Assembly (NCBI GenBank): GCA_016744855.1
Contig: JADGDO010000002.1
Coordinates: forward strand, 96,374 to 160,373
From: Candidatus Fermentibacteraceae bacterium
GTDB lineage: Bacteria; Fermentibacterota; Fermentibacteria; Fermentibacterales; JCC-6
Direction of reading: 5' to 3'
DNA: 64,000 nucleotides
Made by a program: the position numbers and the translations under genes. A model generated the notes under the pieces. It was not told where the DNA came from. It did no database searches and saw nothing but the letters and a program-made list of their open reading frames with translations. Positions 1 to 9,706 of this stretch are shown here, piece after piece (position 1 is the stretch's first letter; each line of letters begins with the position of its first letter).

Positions 1-708
1 GTCGTCTGCCATTCCTGCCTTTTTCACTGCTTCAATATCAAAAGGAATCTGACCATCCAGCATGTTCCTGTTCGGACTGTTCTTGCTACCGCCGAATTTC
101 AACCAGAATTTACCCCAGTCCGGGAAAACGGATTTCTTACCTGGCTGAATATTTCCGATTCCCCAGAATTCTTCAGGGTTCTCTCTGGCATACTCCGGCC
201 ATGTAAAATCTTCACTAAAGCGACCACTTACTGGCTCCCACCATGTCTGGGTTTTCTTCTTATCACCGGTTCCTACGGTTTTGGTTCTCTTTTTCTTACC
301 GTGCCATGAAGTGGCTGCATTGCTTTTAACAATCCAATATGGAAGCATCAACCCATTTGCTGAACCAAGCTTCGCTGTGGCAACATAGCTCTTGGATCTG
401 AAGAAGCCCTTTGAGAGCCATGTAATAAGAGTACTGATCGCATCGTTCTCGTTTACTGCCATTGGCAGCATTGAATGACCATCTATTTTTACAATATTGT
501 CGTAGCCTGCAAGCATCGTAGTAGTTCCGCAGTAGGGGCAGGTGATAACACTCTCACCTTCCATATAAGCAAGCGGGGCTCCGCAGTTCTGACAGGAAAG
601 CTCTCTGTCATGAGCCAGAGCAGTCGGTTCTTCCGGAGCTTCGGGAACCTCGGGGACTTCAGGGGTCTCTGCTGCGACCTCTTCCGGAGCCATGTTTTCT
701 TCCTGCAT
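1..708 (-). CDS. Zinc-ribbon-containing protein, runs off the window start
   Basis: Not in ORF track. Manual translation from ATG at 708 (GGAGG RBS upstream) is open to base 1: MQEENMAPEEVAAETPEVPEVPEAPEEP...CQNCGAPL...CPYCG...LPYW. Confidence 0.8.
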   Translation of the reverse strand, partial: MQEENMAPEEVAAETPEVPEVPEAPEEPTALAHDRELSCQNCGAPLAYMEGESVITCPYCGTTTMLAGYDNIVKIDGHSMLPMAVNENDAISTLITWLSKGFFRSKSYVATAKLGSANGLMLPYWIVKSNAATSWHGKKKRTKTVGTGDKKKTQTWWEPVSGRFSEDFTWPEYARENPEEFWGIGNIQPGKKSVFPDWGKFWLKFGGSKNSPNRNMLDGQIPFDIEAVKKAGMADD

Positions 709-791
709 ACTGTTCCCTCCCATTTTTGTGTAGTATTTCAGATCATATACAAGCACATTATACACAGAAACAAAGCGCAGGAAAACAGCAT

Positions 792-825
792 AAAAAAAAC
801 CGGCCCCCGTAAGGGAGCCGGTTTT
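792..825 (-). terminator. Intrinsic terminator after porin gene
   Basis: Minus strand AAAACCGGCTCCC-TTAC-GGGGGCCGGTTTTTTTT. Confidence 0.85.
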
Positions 826-843
826 ATTTATTGAAAAAACTTC

Positions 844-1881
844 TTAGAAGTTCATTCTCCACTTGGTATAGATGTCTGTGTAGCCATCAACATCAGCTTC
901 GAAACCGTAGTTACGAGCACCGATCTGGAGAGTATTGTACTTGCTGAAGAGTTCGATGCCAACACAGAAGTCGATTGCTGTGAGGTTGTTGTCATCAATG
1001 TCAGCGATAGGATCAATGCTGTCGTAACGAACTGCAGGCTGGATGGCAAGAATAACGTCGCCGTCGAGCTGCATGTCGTATCCGGCCATAACACTCATAC
1101 GGGCACCATCATGAGAGTCTGCATCCTCAGAGATAACACCATTCTGTCCGAGAATCATGTATTCACCGGCGAAGTTGAGTGTACCTGTAGCGGAAACAGG
1201 ATAGTTAGCAACTGCAAAGAAATCCATACCGTTGCTGCTCCAGCTGTCCATTGTACCTGTAGTGTCTGTAATTTCAGGCTGGCCGATCATGGCAAGAGAA
1301 CCACCGATTGTAAGCCACTCTGTTGGTTCAACAGCGAGTCTGGCTGTGAACTGCTTGCTGCAAAGAGTGTCAGCATGCATGTTGTTACCGGTACCGTTGG
1401 AAAGCATAAGGTCGATTGTTACAGGAGCGAACTCTGCTGTAAGCATAGCACCGATATCTTTTCCACCGTAGAGCATGAAGTCAGAACCAGAAATAGCAAA
1501 TGCTCTGTCTGCGAAAAGCATGGAGCCACCGCTGCGAGTGTAACCGTAACCGAAAGGAACCTTGAACTGTCCACCGCGGACACTGAGGCACTCGGTGAGC
1601 TTCATGTCAAGGTACATCTGGTCAAGAACAGTAACAGAACTACCTGTTGTAGTGTTCTGTGCTGCGATGCAGAGGTCAAGGTGATCATTGATCTTTGGAA
1701 CCCATGCCATCCAAACGTAATCCTTGAATTCGCTTGCAGGGTTTGCGCCTTCCATACCGTACATTGTCCAGCGGAAAGTACCGTAACCCTTAAACTTTGT
1801 AAGCTCTGCACCACCTGTGGCGAAATCGCCAGCGAAGGCTACAAGTGTGAGAACAGCAAGAACCATAATAGCTCTCTTCAT
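844..1881 (-). CDS. Outer-membrane porin (OprO/OprP-like beta-barrel)
   Basis: Signal peptide, GQFKVPFG motif, alternating beta strands, C-terminal Phe. Confidence 0.75.
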   Translation of the reverse strand: MKRAIMVLAVLTLVAFAGDFATGGAELTKFKGYGTFRWTMYGMEGANPASEFKDYVWMAWVPKINDHLDLCIAAQNTTTGSSVTVLDQMYLDMKLTECLSVRGGQFKVPFGYGYTRSGGSMLFADRAFAISGSDFMLYGGKDIGAMLTAEFAPVTIDLMLSNGTGNNMHADTLCSKQFTARLAVEPTEWLTIGGSLAMIGQPEITDTTGTMDSWSSNGMDFFAVANYPVSATGTLNFAGEYMILGQNGVISEDADSHDGARMSVMAGYDMQLDGDVILAIQPAVRYDSIDPIADIDDNNLTAIDFCVGIELFSKYNTLQIGARNYGFEADVDGYTDIYTKWRMNF

Positions 1882-1947
1882 CTAATACACCCCTTTTTTC
1901 AAGTTTGTGACCGGAAAAACCATATCTTCCGGTCTGTGTCAGGTTGA

Positions 1948-1977
1948 ATTATACTCTCTATACAAGAAGTAAGGCAA
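1948..1977 (-). promoter_or_regulatory. Sigma70-type promoter of porin gene
   Basis: Minus strand TTGCCT-18 nt-TATAAT. Confidence 0.55.
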
Positions 1978-2019
1978 GTATTCACACCAGAAAGGTATTG
2001 TATCATCAGTATTGACAAT

Positions 2020-2838
2020 GTGTTCACTATTTTTTCGGGCTTTTTCGGCCTGTGTATTGGCAGTTTCCTGAACGTTGTTATCTGGAGGGTTCCTCTCGGT
2101 AAATCAATAGTTTCACCACCCAGCGCGTGTCCTCAGTGTAAAAAGGAAATTGAACCGCGAGACAACATCCCGGTTCTGAGTTATCTCATACTGCGCGGTA
2201 AATGCAGAAATTGTGCTCTGCCTATTTCTATAAAATACCCTGTTACGGAACTGATTACCGGAGTTCTTTTTGCCCTGGCGGCTTTGCAAACAGGCTACTC
2301 TATCTCCTTTATCAACTATGCAGTACTTATCTCTCTTATGGTCGTTGTTGTAAGAACCGACCTTGAACAGTTTATTATTCTCGACGAGGTCAGCATAGGT
2401 GGGACCGTTGCGGGAGTTCTTCTTGCCCTCCTGCCCGGAGGCCTCGGAATACTTAAATCTCTTATCACAGCCCTCTCCGGTGCTGCTTTTTTCTTTCTGA
2501 TAAGAACCGGAGCATCCATCTACCTGAAGAAGAGAAACATCCGCACAAAAGCCCCCGAAGGCTTTGAAGACGAGGAAGACGAGTTTCAAGGTGGAATGGG
2601 CTGGGGTGATATCAAACTGGCAGCGTGCATAGGAGCATTTCTGGGACCGGCTTCAACAGTAATAGCGTTCTTTTCAGCTTTTATACTGGGAGCTTTTTCC
2701 GGTGGATTCATGATGGCTTTCGGAGGCAGCAAAAGGGATACACCGATACCCTTCGGCCCATTTATGGCCGCGGGTGCCGTGCTTGCCCTCTTCTTCGGGG
2801 AACCTCTGTGGACCGCTTACATGAACCTTATGAGCTAA
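2020..2838 (+). CDS. pilD: Prepilin peptidase / N-methyltransferase (A24)
   Basis: GSFLNVVIWR, two CxxC pairs, MGWGDIKL and IPFGPF motifs. Confidence 0.93.
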   Translation: MFTIFSGFFGLCIGSFLNVVIWRVPLGKSIVSPPSACPQCKKEIEPRDNIPVLSYLILRGKCRNCALPISIKYPVTELITGVLFALAALQTGYSISFINYAVLISLMVVVVRTDLEQFIILDEVSIGGTVAGVLLALLPGGLGILKSLITALSGAAFFFLIRTGASIYLKKRNIRTKAPEGFEDEEDEFQGGMGWGDIKLAACIGAFLGPASTVIAFFSAFILGAFSGGFMMAFGGSKRDTPIPFGPFMAAGAVLALFFGEPLWTAYMNLMS

Positions 2839-3770
2839 CGCTGTAGTACAAAAAGGTCATAAGTGCAGATTAGCGCTCTTGTTATCTGATTGTTTATTGC
2901 AATATCAACGGGATCTCCGAAGCTGGAAATCGTAGCTTCAACTGTATTATCGACTGTATTAACCACTGAAAATCCGTGGTCCGGTACTGTTGCGTAAAGG
3001 TATTTACCGTCGCTTGTTATTGCAAGAGCAGTAGCTTCATATGGAACGGTGAAAGTTCTGGAATGCTGACCTGTTCCGCAATCGATAGCCCATACTTCAC
3101 TCCTGCCACCGGGAGAAACAAAAACCTCATTCAAGGGGGTTGAGCACATTCCATTCACTCCACCCTCAACAGTGGTCTCGGCAACTGTGGAAAAATCAGT
3201 CGTGGATATCTTGTATACCTTACCGTCGCTGTCGGCTATGAAGATGTAGTCTCCACCGGTTCCAAGAGCAGCAGCTACAGGATCAACTGCAGAGGTCGAA
3301 CCCGACTTGGTAATTGTCCAGTCCACTGTATAAATTTTAACCAGAGTGCCATCGGCACAGACAACAAAAACTACCGTGGAAGATGGACGGGGTACTATAA
3401 AACTACCAACCTCTGCCAGAACGACCTGCTTGTAAACTGTGTAGATTTCATTTGAAACCACATAGAGTACATTGCCGCCGAGTGCCAGACCGTAACCACC
3501 TTCGGGAGAGCTTCCCACGTCGGTAACCGGTACACCCAGGGCAACTTCAGCCTTAACGTAACCGTTATCCCGGTCTATAAAGTACAAGTAGGTGTTTGCA
3601 GCTGCCAGGCCGTCTCCGTCTCCTCCAAGAAAATCACAAGCTGTTGGCGGGCCGCCGGTATTCACGGTCTGCAGTATAAAAGCCGGGAAATCACTGCTTA
3701 TTGACGGACCCGTAGAGTCACAGGCAACAAGTAAAAGAAAAACAACAGCAGAAACAATCACTTTTTTCAT
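2835..3770 (-). CDS. Lipoprotein with YncE-like beta-propeller
   Basis: Lipobox LVAC; repeated propeller-blade motifs (e.g. AITSDGKYLYAT). Confidence 0.7.
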   Translation of the reverse strand: MKKVIVSAVVFLLLVACDSTGPSISSDFPAFILQTVNTGGPPTACDFLGGDGDGLAAANTYLYFIDRDNGYVKAEVALGVPVTDVGSSPEGGYGLALGGNVLYVVSNEIYTVYKQVVLAEVGSFIVPRPSSTVVFVVCADGTLVKIYTVDWTITKSGSTSAVDPVAAALGTGGDYIFIADSDGKVYKISTTDFSTVAETTVEGGVNGMCSTPLNEVFVSPGGRSEVWAIDCGTGQHSRTFTVPYEATALAITSDGKYLYATVPDHGFSVVNTVDNTVEATISSFGDPVDIAINNQITRALICTYDLFVLQR

Positions 3771-3773
3771 CAG

Positions 3774-4601
3774 TCAGCCTCCGATACTTCCCGCAAGAAG
3801 TCGTTCCATGTCTGCGGCGTTCAGGGCCGCTTTCCCCATGTGACAATTGTTGAAGAAAACATAGCATCTATTAACCTCTGTTGACAGGTTTCGCAATCTG
3901 TCTGCCCATGTTTCCATTTCCTCTTCTGTATAGAGATAGTCGTACCGCTCTTGTGTGTTCCCCCACCACTTATCTCTGTTCCTTCCGTGAAGCCTCAGGT
4001 AGATAGTTTCCTCTCCTCCGAAAAGAGTTTTTTCGGGAAGCCCCGGCAGACTCGGAAGATCAACAGAGACTGGTATAAAGCCGATTTGACGAACCTGCTC
4101 TATTACATCTTCAGCATACCACTTCTTGTGCCGGAACTCTATAAGTGCCCTGTTGTCTTCAATTTTGTCCCTCAGCATTCTCAGGTACTGGAAAGATTCT
4201 TCTTTCAGCGGAAATGACCAGGGAAACTGTGCAAGAACCATTCCCAACCTGTTTGATGCTACAAGAGGGTGAAGCATTTTCCTGAAGGCTTCCCAGTCTT
4301 CCCCGGAGCAATCACGTGAATGGGTCATGGATGAATGGAGTTTCACCGAGAAAGAAAAATTATCAGGAACAGAATCTGCCATTCTTCCGGTGGAACTCTC
4401 GGAGAGTATTCTATAGTAGGTAGAGTTAATCTCTACAGAATTAAACTTAAGAGCATAGAATCGGAGCCAGTCTTTCTTTGTTATTCGTGGCGGGTAGAAA
4501 ACATTCAGCCAGCCGGGAAAGCTGTAACCTGATGTTCCCAGAAAAAGATTTGCTCCCCCCGGCAGAAGTTTTCTGTCAAGCTTTTCTTCGAAGAGGTTCA
4601 A
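3774..4601 (-). CDS. DUF72 family protein
   Basis: GTSGYSFPGW, VEINSTYY, EFRH, YLRLHGR and FFNN motifs. Confidence 0.9.
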   Translation of the reverse strand: MNLFEEKLDRKLLPGGANLFLGTSGYSFPGWLNVFYPPRITKKDWLRFYALKFNSVEINSTYYRILSESSTGRMADSVPDNFSFSVKLHSSMTHSRDCSGEDWEAFRKMLHPLVASNRLGMVLAQFPWSFPLKEESFQYLRMLRDKIEDNRALIEFRHKKWYAEDVIEQVRQIGFIPVSVDLPSLPGLPEKTLFGGEETIYLRLHGRNRDKWWGNTQERYDYLYTEEEMETWADRLRNLSTEVNRCYVFFNNCHMGKAALNAADMERLLAGSIGG

Positions 4602-4618
4602 AAAGCATTACCCCCTAT

Positions 4619-5773
4619 CTAATGTCTACCCTGAATGTACTCGAGAGCTCTTCCACTGACCATGGCTTTGTCTCCGTAACGATTTCTTACTGTATCTGCG
4701 ACCCTATTTAGTTCCACAGTTTTTTCCGGAAAGAAAGAAAGTTGTGCTGTTTTTGATGGAACAAACTGACTGATTGATACACCGATAAGCCTGACAGGTT
4801 CATCTATGTATTGTCTCGCCATCGCCTCTGCTGCAGCCAGTATTGTCTGATCCTGATCTGTTGCTGAAGCAAGTATTTTCCGCCGGGTTATTCGTTTCAT
4901 GTTACGCAGGCGATACTTCAATGTAACCACACTCCCCTGCCAACCGCCTTCGCGGGCACGACACCCTGTTTTCTGACAGACCATAGCAAGGGCCGGCATG
5001 TACTCATCGGGTCTGGCAACATCCCGGCTGAAGGTGTGTTCATGCCCCATGGATTTAGGAGGGGTTTTGTGGCCGAAAAACTTCACCGGACGGTCATCTA
5101 TACCACGGGCATACCTGTATATCTCTTCTCCATGTGAGCCCAGAATAGACCGTAGAGTTCCGCGAGGAAGGTTTTTCAGTTTTTCTATGGTATCGATACC
5201 AAACATTCCCAGCTTTTCGGCAGTACTTGCTCCTACTCCCCAGATAGCTCCCACGGGAAAAACAAGTATATCATCCGGCATCAGCAGGCCGGCCCCACGT
5301 GGTTTGTAAAAGTTTGAAGCCATTTTCGCAAGAAGTCTGTTGGGACCACAACCAACTGTGCACCACAGAGAGGTTGCATCATAAACAGCCTTTTGTATCT
5401 CCAGAGCCCGATCAATAATACCCCCGGAAGTGCCGGTAAGGTCCAAAAAAGCCTCATCTATACTTGTAGCATGCACCTTGGGGGTAAATGTGAGAAAAAC
5501 TTTTAGTATGCGGTGGCTGTAGGTTCTGTAGCGGGCAAAGCTGCCGGAAAGAATAACAGCGTGAGGGACAAGGCTCATTGCCCGTGTCATTGGCATTCCT
5601 GCATGCACACCGAATTTCCTTGCTTCGTAGGTGCATGAGGTTACCACCGAACGGAAGCCGGGATCTCCACCGATGATAACAGGCTTGCCGTGAAGTTCCT
5701 CCCGGCCCAGTAATTCAACAGATGCGAAATAGGCATCCATATCTACATGAAGAATTCGTCTATCAGGCTCCAT
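4619..5773 (-). CDS. dinB: DNA polymerase IV (Y family)
   Basis: HVDMDAYFASVE, YEARKFGV, SIDEAFLD; clamp-binding-like QLSFF near the C-terminus. Confidence 0.95.
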   Translation of the reverse strand: MEPDRRILHVDMDAYFASVELLGREELHGKPVIIGGDPGFRSVVTSCTYEARKFGVHAGMPMTRAMSLVPHAVILSGSFARYRTYSHRILKVFLTFTPKVHATSIDEAFLDLTGTSGGIIDRALEIQKAVYDATSLWCTVGCGPNRLLAKMASNFYKPRGAGLLMPDDILVFPVGAIWGVGASTAEKLGMFGIDTIEKLKNLPRGTLRSILGSHGEEIYRYARGIDDRPVKFFGHKTPPKSMGHEHTFSRDVARPDEYMPALAMVCQKTGCRAREGGWQGSVVTLKYRLRNMKRITRRKILASATDQDQTILAAAEAMARQYIDEPVRLIGVSISQFVPSKTAQLSFFPEKTVELNRVADTVRNRYGDKAMVSGRALEYIQGRH

Positions 5774-6014
5774 GAGAGTACTCGCAGTCTACTATCCAGC
5801 CCATGGTTTCGGTGTTCAGATGAATCTCGTACACATCATCTGCCGATGTACGAACCACATAGTGATAGAACTTAATGGTCCCCCTTCGACTCTCCCATGA
5901 GGATGAAACGCGCGTCACATGATAAACGCGATTCTGCCACCGGAACCTGCAGGGAGTCACACTGCCAGCTGCGAAGTGGCAAATCATTTCTATCCGCTCT
6001 CCAAGTTCCTGCAA
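5763..6014 (-). CDS. Small protein upstream of dinB (DUF6504-like)
   Basis: TTG start with GGAGG RBS; PxRFRWxxRxYxV...W pattern; overlaps dinB start. Confidence 0.65.
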   Translation of the reverse strand: MQELGERIEMICHFAAGSVTPCRFRWQNRVYHVTRVSSSWESRRGTIKFYHYVVRTSADDVYEIHLNTETMGWIVDCEYSHGA

Positions 6015-6051
6015 AATTCACCTCCGATATCATTCTCTCCTGCTTAATGGT

Positions 6052-6080
6052 AAAATAGTAAACATTTGTTCACGCGTCAA
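6052..6080 (-). promoter_or_regulatory. Promoter with LexA/SOS box in the spacer
   Basis: Minus strand TTGACG-17 nt-TATTTT; spacer contains GAAC-AAAT-GTTT (6060-6071). Confidence 0.7.
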
Positions 6081-6107
6081 AGATCCGGATCACTTCCGAA
6101 ATCCCGA

Positions 6108-6136
6108 TTGCCAAATTGTGAAATGAACGGTATATT
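6108..6136 (+). promoter_or_regulatory. Sigma70-type promoter of AOR operon
   Basis: TTGCCA-17 nt-TATATT. Confidence 0.55.
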
Positions 6137-6241
6137 TTTGTGGTTGAAATTGCGTGAAGAAGTTGAAGAACAAGAAGATCCCGTTATGTCGACTAATCAT
6201 AATTCACGATAAATTACTTGGAAAAAAGGAGGTTCACTACC

Positions 6242-6703
6242 GTGATCAAGTACCTGAAATTGCACAATGATAAGTGTGTTGGTTGCCTGAACTGTACCGC
6301 AACCTGTTCACAGTTATACTTCAAGGAAGATGACCCGGCAAAAGCCCGGATAAAAATCTTACCTCTTGCCCTCGGCAAGTACCACATTGTAGCCTGCGAT
6401 CAGGAATGCAGGAGATGTGTCATTGAGTGCCCTACCCAGGCTATCACTGTAAACGCCCGTGGTGTCGTAATGATCAACAAGAAACTGTGCGTCGGCTGTC
6501 TGGCATGTGTGGCTGTATGCCCTATCGGTGCAATGTTCTATTACCCCGGCGACCCTACCCCTTTCAAATGCGTTGCCTGTGGTGCCTGCGTTAAAACCTG
6601 TTCTGCAGACGCTCTGGAAATTGCAGAAAAGGAAGATAGCCCCGCCTCCAAGCGCCCCTTTGAAATCGCCGAGGCTGTTAGAAAGAAAGAGGCAACAACA
6701 TGA
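6242..6703 (+). CDS. 4Fe-4S dicluster protein, electron-transfer subunit of AOR
   Basis: Several CxxCxxCxxxC motifs; likely start GTG 6242 after AGGAGG; overlaps aor start. Confidence 0.88.
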   Translation: MIKYLKLHNDKCVGCLNCTATCSQLYFKEDDPAKARIKILPLALGKYHIVACDQECRRCVIECPTQAITVNARGVVMINKKLCVGCLACVAVCPIGAMFYYPGDPTPFKCVACGACVKTCSADALEIAEKEDSPASKRPFEIAEAVRKKEATT

Positions 6704-8868
6704 GTGCTTTCAACAGAGAAAACTTCAAACTGCTGAATGAATACAAATTCGAGCCCCGGGCTATCGAAAAGGGTTACGCAATGCGTACACTCCATGTCGA
6801 TGTAGGCTCAAGAGTAGCTACTGCCAAGCCCGTATCTGAAGACATGAAAAAGCGTTTCACCGGAGGCAAGGGCTTTGGCCTTAAGCTTCTCTGGGATGCA
6901 ACAAAACCCACTACAAAATGGAACGATCCTGAAAACGAGATCGTAATTGGTATTGGCCCCATCGGCGGCAACACCAACTACCCCGGTTCAGGAAAGAGCC
7001 TCGTTGTAAGCATCTCTCCCATGACTAAGATTCCCATCGATTCAAACGTGGGTGGATTCTTCGGTCCATATCTCAAGTTCGGTGGCTGGGATGCCATGGA
7101 AGTTCAGGGCAAGGCTGACGTGGAAACCATAGTTTTCATCGATTCCAACGCCGGAACAGTTCAGTTCTACGAAGCTCCGGAAAGCCTGCAGCGCGATACA
7201 CATCTTATGGCGGAAGAACTTACTGATGCATTCACTGAAGACGGTCACGATCCGCAGTCCATTTCTGTAGTAAGTGCCGGCCGTGCAGCCGACTATTCAC
7301 CGATGGGATTGCTGAACTTCAGCCTCTTCGACAAAAGACGCCAGGGCATCCGTATCAAGCAGGCAGGCCGCGGCGGTATAGGCAGAGTTTTCCGTGATAA
7401 GAAGATATTGGCAATGGTCTGTCGTTTCTCGGGTGTAAACAGCAATCTGAATTTTGCAGCCGATCCGGCTGCCGTCCAGCGTATCGGCCTCAAACTTCAC
7501 CGCGAAATCGTTGTTAATGACAGCGATCAGTGCAAGATGAGAAGTGAGGGAACTGCTCACCTCATGGAGATAATGAACGACTACGATCTTCTTCCAACTA
7601 AGAACCACAAGTACGGCCAGGAAAATTCAAAAATTGACGGTATCGAAAGCGGTGTATGGCATAAGCTCTTCAGCCAAAACCTGCCTGACGGCTGCTGGTA
7701 CGGATGTACAATGGCCTGTGCGCATGCTGTGGATCACTTTGAACTTTATACCGGACCCTACAAGGGCACAAAAGTCTGCGTAGACGGACCGGAGTACGAA
7801 ACAGCAGCTGGTGTAGGTTCCAACCTGTACGTCTACGATCCTCACGGCATCTTAGAGCTGAATTTCTACTGTGACACCTATGGCATCGACACCATCAGTT
7901 TCGGTACCACGACAGGCTTCCTGATGGAATGCTGGGAACACGGCATCCTGAACCTTGAGAGAACCGACGGGATTGACCTCACATGGGGTAACTGGAAGGG
8001 TGCTGCTCAGATCCTTCATGACATGGCCGACGGCAAGCGTTTCGGTATTCTCGCAGGATTGGGTACGAAGTACCTCGCCGAGTATTTTGTAACAGAATAC
8101 GGTGCAGATGCACAGTTCCTCAAGGACATTGCTCTCAATGGCAAGGGCCTTGAGCAGTCCGAGTACATCGCCAAGGAATCTCTTGCACAGCAGGGTGGCT
8201 TCTACCTTACTAACAAGGGGCCCCAGCATGACGAAGCATGGCTTATCTTCATGGACATGGTTAACAACCAGATCCCTACTTTCGCAGACAAAGCAGAAGC
8301 TCTGCATTACTTCCCTATCTTCAGAACCTGGTTCGGCCTGCAGGGACTATGCAAGCTCCCCTGGAATGATGTTGAACCGGTAGACAATGCAAAGCACGAA
8401 GAGCCAGGTAAGGTTCCGGAGCATGTTGAAAACTACTTCAAGCTCTATACAGCTATTACAGGTGAACCCCTCACTTGGGAGGGTCTGATCAATCAGAGCG
8501 AGCGTGTATACAACTTCCAGCGTATCTTCAATATCCGACTGGGCTATGGTCATCGTAAGGATGATTATCCGCCATACCGTTCTATGGGTCCAGTTCTCGA
8601 GGACGAATACGTCATGAGGGAAGAACGCTACGACAAGCAGATGAAGGAATTGATCGGTGTTGACCCAGCCGGCAAGAGCGTTGCCGAAAAGGTTAAAATC
8701 ACAAGGGAATACCGTATGAGTCAGTACGAAAAACTTGTTGATGCCGTCTTTGATCGTCGCGGCTGGAGTCCGGACGGATGTCCTACTCCCGAGCACCTGA
8801 AGAGCATCGGTATGGATACACCAGAGGTTATGGAGATTGTTAACGCAAGAAATGCAGGCAAAGCCTAA
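6700..8868 (+). CDS. aor: Aldehyde:ferredoxin oxidoreductase (tungstopterin AOR family)
   Basis: SNVGGFFG, AGRGGIG, CWYGCTMAC, GPEYET, CDTYGIDTIS, GLCK motifs. Confidence 0.92.
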   Translation: MSAFNRENFKLLNEYKFEPRAIEKGYAMRTLHVDVGSRVATAKPVSEDMKKRFTGGKGFGLKLLWDATKPTTKWNDPENEIVIGIGPIGGNTNYPGSGKSLVVSISPMTKIPIDSNVGGFFGPYLKFGGWDAMEVQGKADVETIVFIDSNAGTVQFYEAPESLQRDTHLMAEELTDAFTEDGHDPQSISVVSAGRAADYSPMGLLNFSLFDKRRQGIRIKQAGRGGIGRVFRDKKILAMVCRFSGVNSNLNFAADPAAVQRIGLKLHREIVVNDSDQCKMRSEGTAHLMEIMNDYDLLPTKNHKYGQENSKIDGIESGVWHKLFSQNLPDGCWYGCTMACAHAVDHFELYTGPYKGTKVCVDGPEYETAAGVGSNLYVYDPHGILELNFYCDTYGIDTISFGTTTGFLMECWEHGILNLERTDGIDLTWGNWKGAAQILHDMADGKRFGILAGLGTKYLAEYFVTEYGADAQFLKDIALNGKGLEQSEYIAKESLAQQGGFYLTNKGPQHDEAWLIFMDMVNNQIPTFADKAEALHYFPIFRTWFGLQGLCKLPWNDVEPVDNAKHEEPGKVPEHVENYFKLYTAITGEPLTWEGLINQSERVYNFQRIFNIRLGYGHRKDDYPPYRSMGPVLEDEYVMREERYDKQMKELIGVDPAGKSVAEKVKITREYRMSQYEKLVDAVFDRRGWSPDGCPTPEHLKSIGMDTPEVMEIVNARNAGKA

Positions 8869-8886
8869 CCTTTGACTTCACCTATT

Positions 8887-8929
8887 ACGGGCAGCAATTC
8901 TATAGTGGAGTTGCTGCCCGTTTTCTTTT
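8887..8929 (+). terminator. Intrinsic terminator after aor
   Basis: ACGGGCAGCAATTC...GAGTTGCTGCCCGT followed by a T-rich tract. Confidence 0.85.
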
Positions 8930-8944
8930 CACAAAAAGAATATT

Positions 8945-9706
8945 TTACTTTCTACCCAGTTTCAATCTGAGTCTGACCAGATCTCTCAATGCCCTGGGTA
9001 TTCTTTTATGAAGAGCAAGAGGAGTATCCCGGATCTCTTCCAGCTTGATGGGAAGCTCCCGTATGGAAAGACCCATTCGCTGTGCCAGTATTATCAGCTC
9101 CGAAGGATAAAGATCTGGTTCGTTTCCGCAGAGGGGAAATATCGGGACGAAAGAGGTTCTTCTCATTATTTTCGGTCCGTGGGTATCCGTTCCCCTGAAT
9201 CCAAGAAGCAGTCGCAAAAGCATTGTAAGTACACGGGTAGCTGTTCTCCTTAAAAATGGTCTCTTGTCATTTTTACCTGCCAGTACCTTCGAACCCTGAA
9301 TCATATCGGCAGCAGAGGAGTCCAAGAGGGTCAATCCTGACAGCCAAAAAGCCGTATCAAGAACATCGAGGTCATCCACCATCACAATTTCAGCTGTTGA
9401 GCTCTCGAGCCCATGCCTAACTGCATTGCCGTAACTTGCTTCCTGAAGAGAGGTTATTTTTATGCAACGGTTCTCTAACTGCATCTTCTCCAAAATGGAA
9501 AGAGTTGCATCGGTTGAACCATTTTCAACAATCAAAATTGTAAAACCGTCAGGAAGCTCGCTCAGAAGAGGGGTAAGCTGGCTTTCAAGAATAGATTCTT
9601 CATTATAGACTGGAATTACAAGCTCAATGGTTTCATATTTTTCAACAAGCGTTTGTAGTTTGTTAAGCAGCACTTCTTGCCTTTCGGAATGATATTCTGG
9701 CAACAA
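8945..9706 (-). CDS. Glycosyltransferase family 2 (true start may be GTG 9673)
   Basis: VIPVYNEE, ENGSTD, DLD, DTHGPK motifs. Confidence 0.85.
   Translation of the reverse strand: MLPEYHSERQEVLLNKLQTLVEKYETIELVIPVYNEESILESQLTPLLSELPDGFTILIVENGSTDATLSILEKMQLENRCIKITSLQEASYGNAVRHGLESSTAEIVMVDDLDVLDTAFWLSGLTLLDSSAADMIQGSKVLAGKNDKRPFLRRTATRVLTMLLRLLLGFRGTDTHGPKIMRRTSFVPIFPLCGNEPDLYPSELIILAQRMGLSIRELPIKLEEIRDTPLALHKRIPRALRDLVRLRLKLGRK

Noticed and set aside
475-834. 119-aa plus-strand ORF and the many other antisense or nested ORFs in the track
   Set aside because: They are shadows of well-supported genes on the other strand or frame, with no motifs or RBS.
3768-3776. DUF72 TGA in frame with the next lipoprotein gene (possible Sec readthrough)
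   Set aside because: DUF72 is complete, the next gene has its own GGAGG RBS and signal peptide, and there is no SECIS-like hairpin or Cys context.
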